A stretch of DNA of 64,000 nucleotides from Epiperipatus broadwayi (Eukaryota > Animalia > Onychophora): positions 12,524,001 through 12,588,000 of the forward strand of contig JAQFVV010000004.1 in assembly GCA_028023455.1 (NCBI GenBank). The letters are read 5' to 3'. How positions within the stretch are numbered: position 1 is the first letter of the stretch; each line of letters starts with the position of its first letter. The position numbers and the translations under genes were made by a program. A model generated the notes under the pieces. That model worked only from the letters and a program-made list of their open reading frames with translations. It was not told the origin of the DNA and did no database searches. Positions 63,643-64,000 of the stretch are shown here, in pieces.

Positions 63643-64000
63643 ATGCACAAGGTCAATCACCTCTTCTGATACCATGGTTTTTTTACCAGCAAACATCACC
63701 TTGAGTAAAAATAAAATCTGCTTTATTTTGACCATATGCCAAAAAATTTATATATATACAGTATTGAAATACAAACTTATTCAAATACTTAGCTGAAATT
63801 TAAATTAGCAAAGACCTTAAATTTTCTTGTAAACAAGCATGTTTAATTTACATACATAAAGAAAGACTAATACATTAATCATTTTAACCTTTGAAATATA
63901 AATAAGTAAGAAATAGACTCAGCGCAAATGCTAGAAAAACATAGCATTGGAGAAGTGTAGACACTTTATATTTAAATTTTCACTGTATCTATTTCATATA

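Overview
Very AT-rich, CpG-depleted eukaryotic (probably invertebrate) intergenic or intronic DNA made almost entirely of decayed mobile elements; I found no host protein-coding gene and no intact transposon ORF. Recognisable relics: two Penelope-like elements (PLEs; RT plus C-terminal GIY-YIG), one of them a head-to-head inverted pair split by a pogo/Tigger-type MITE; CR1-group, RTE and Ingi/Vingi-like LINEs; three hAT relics; an internally deleted Ty3/Gypsy LTR element; tRNA-derived SINE-like heads; tandem repeats; and a long (ATT)n tract. The main signal is non-coding: about 15 minimal type I hammerhead ribozyme (HHR) motifs on both strands. Two have fully canonical cores and helices (21942-21982 minus, 36133-36188 plus) and one is near-intact (16608-16648 minus). 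Most sit in short dispersed non-coding retroelements of at least two families. Four insertions have 12-13 bp target-site duplications, several show PLE-style inverted 5' junctions, and the lineages differ in their self-complementary stem III sequence. This looks like a retrozyme-like, probably PLE-mobilised ribozyme retroelement system. All calls come from manual reading; no searches or folding programs were run, and most element boundaries are approximate.
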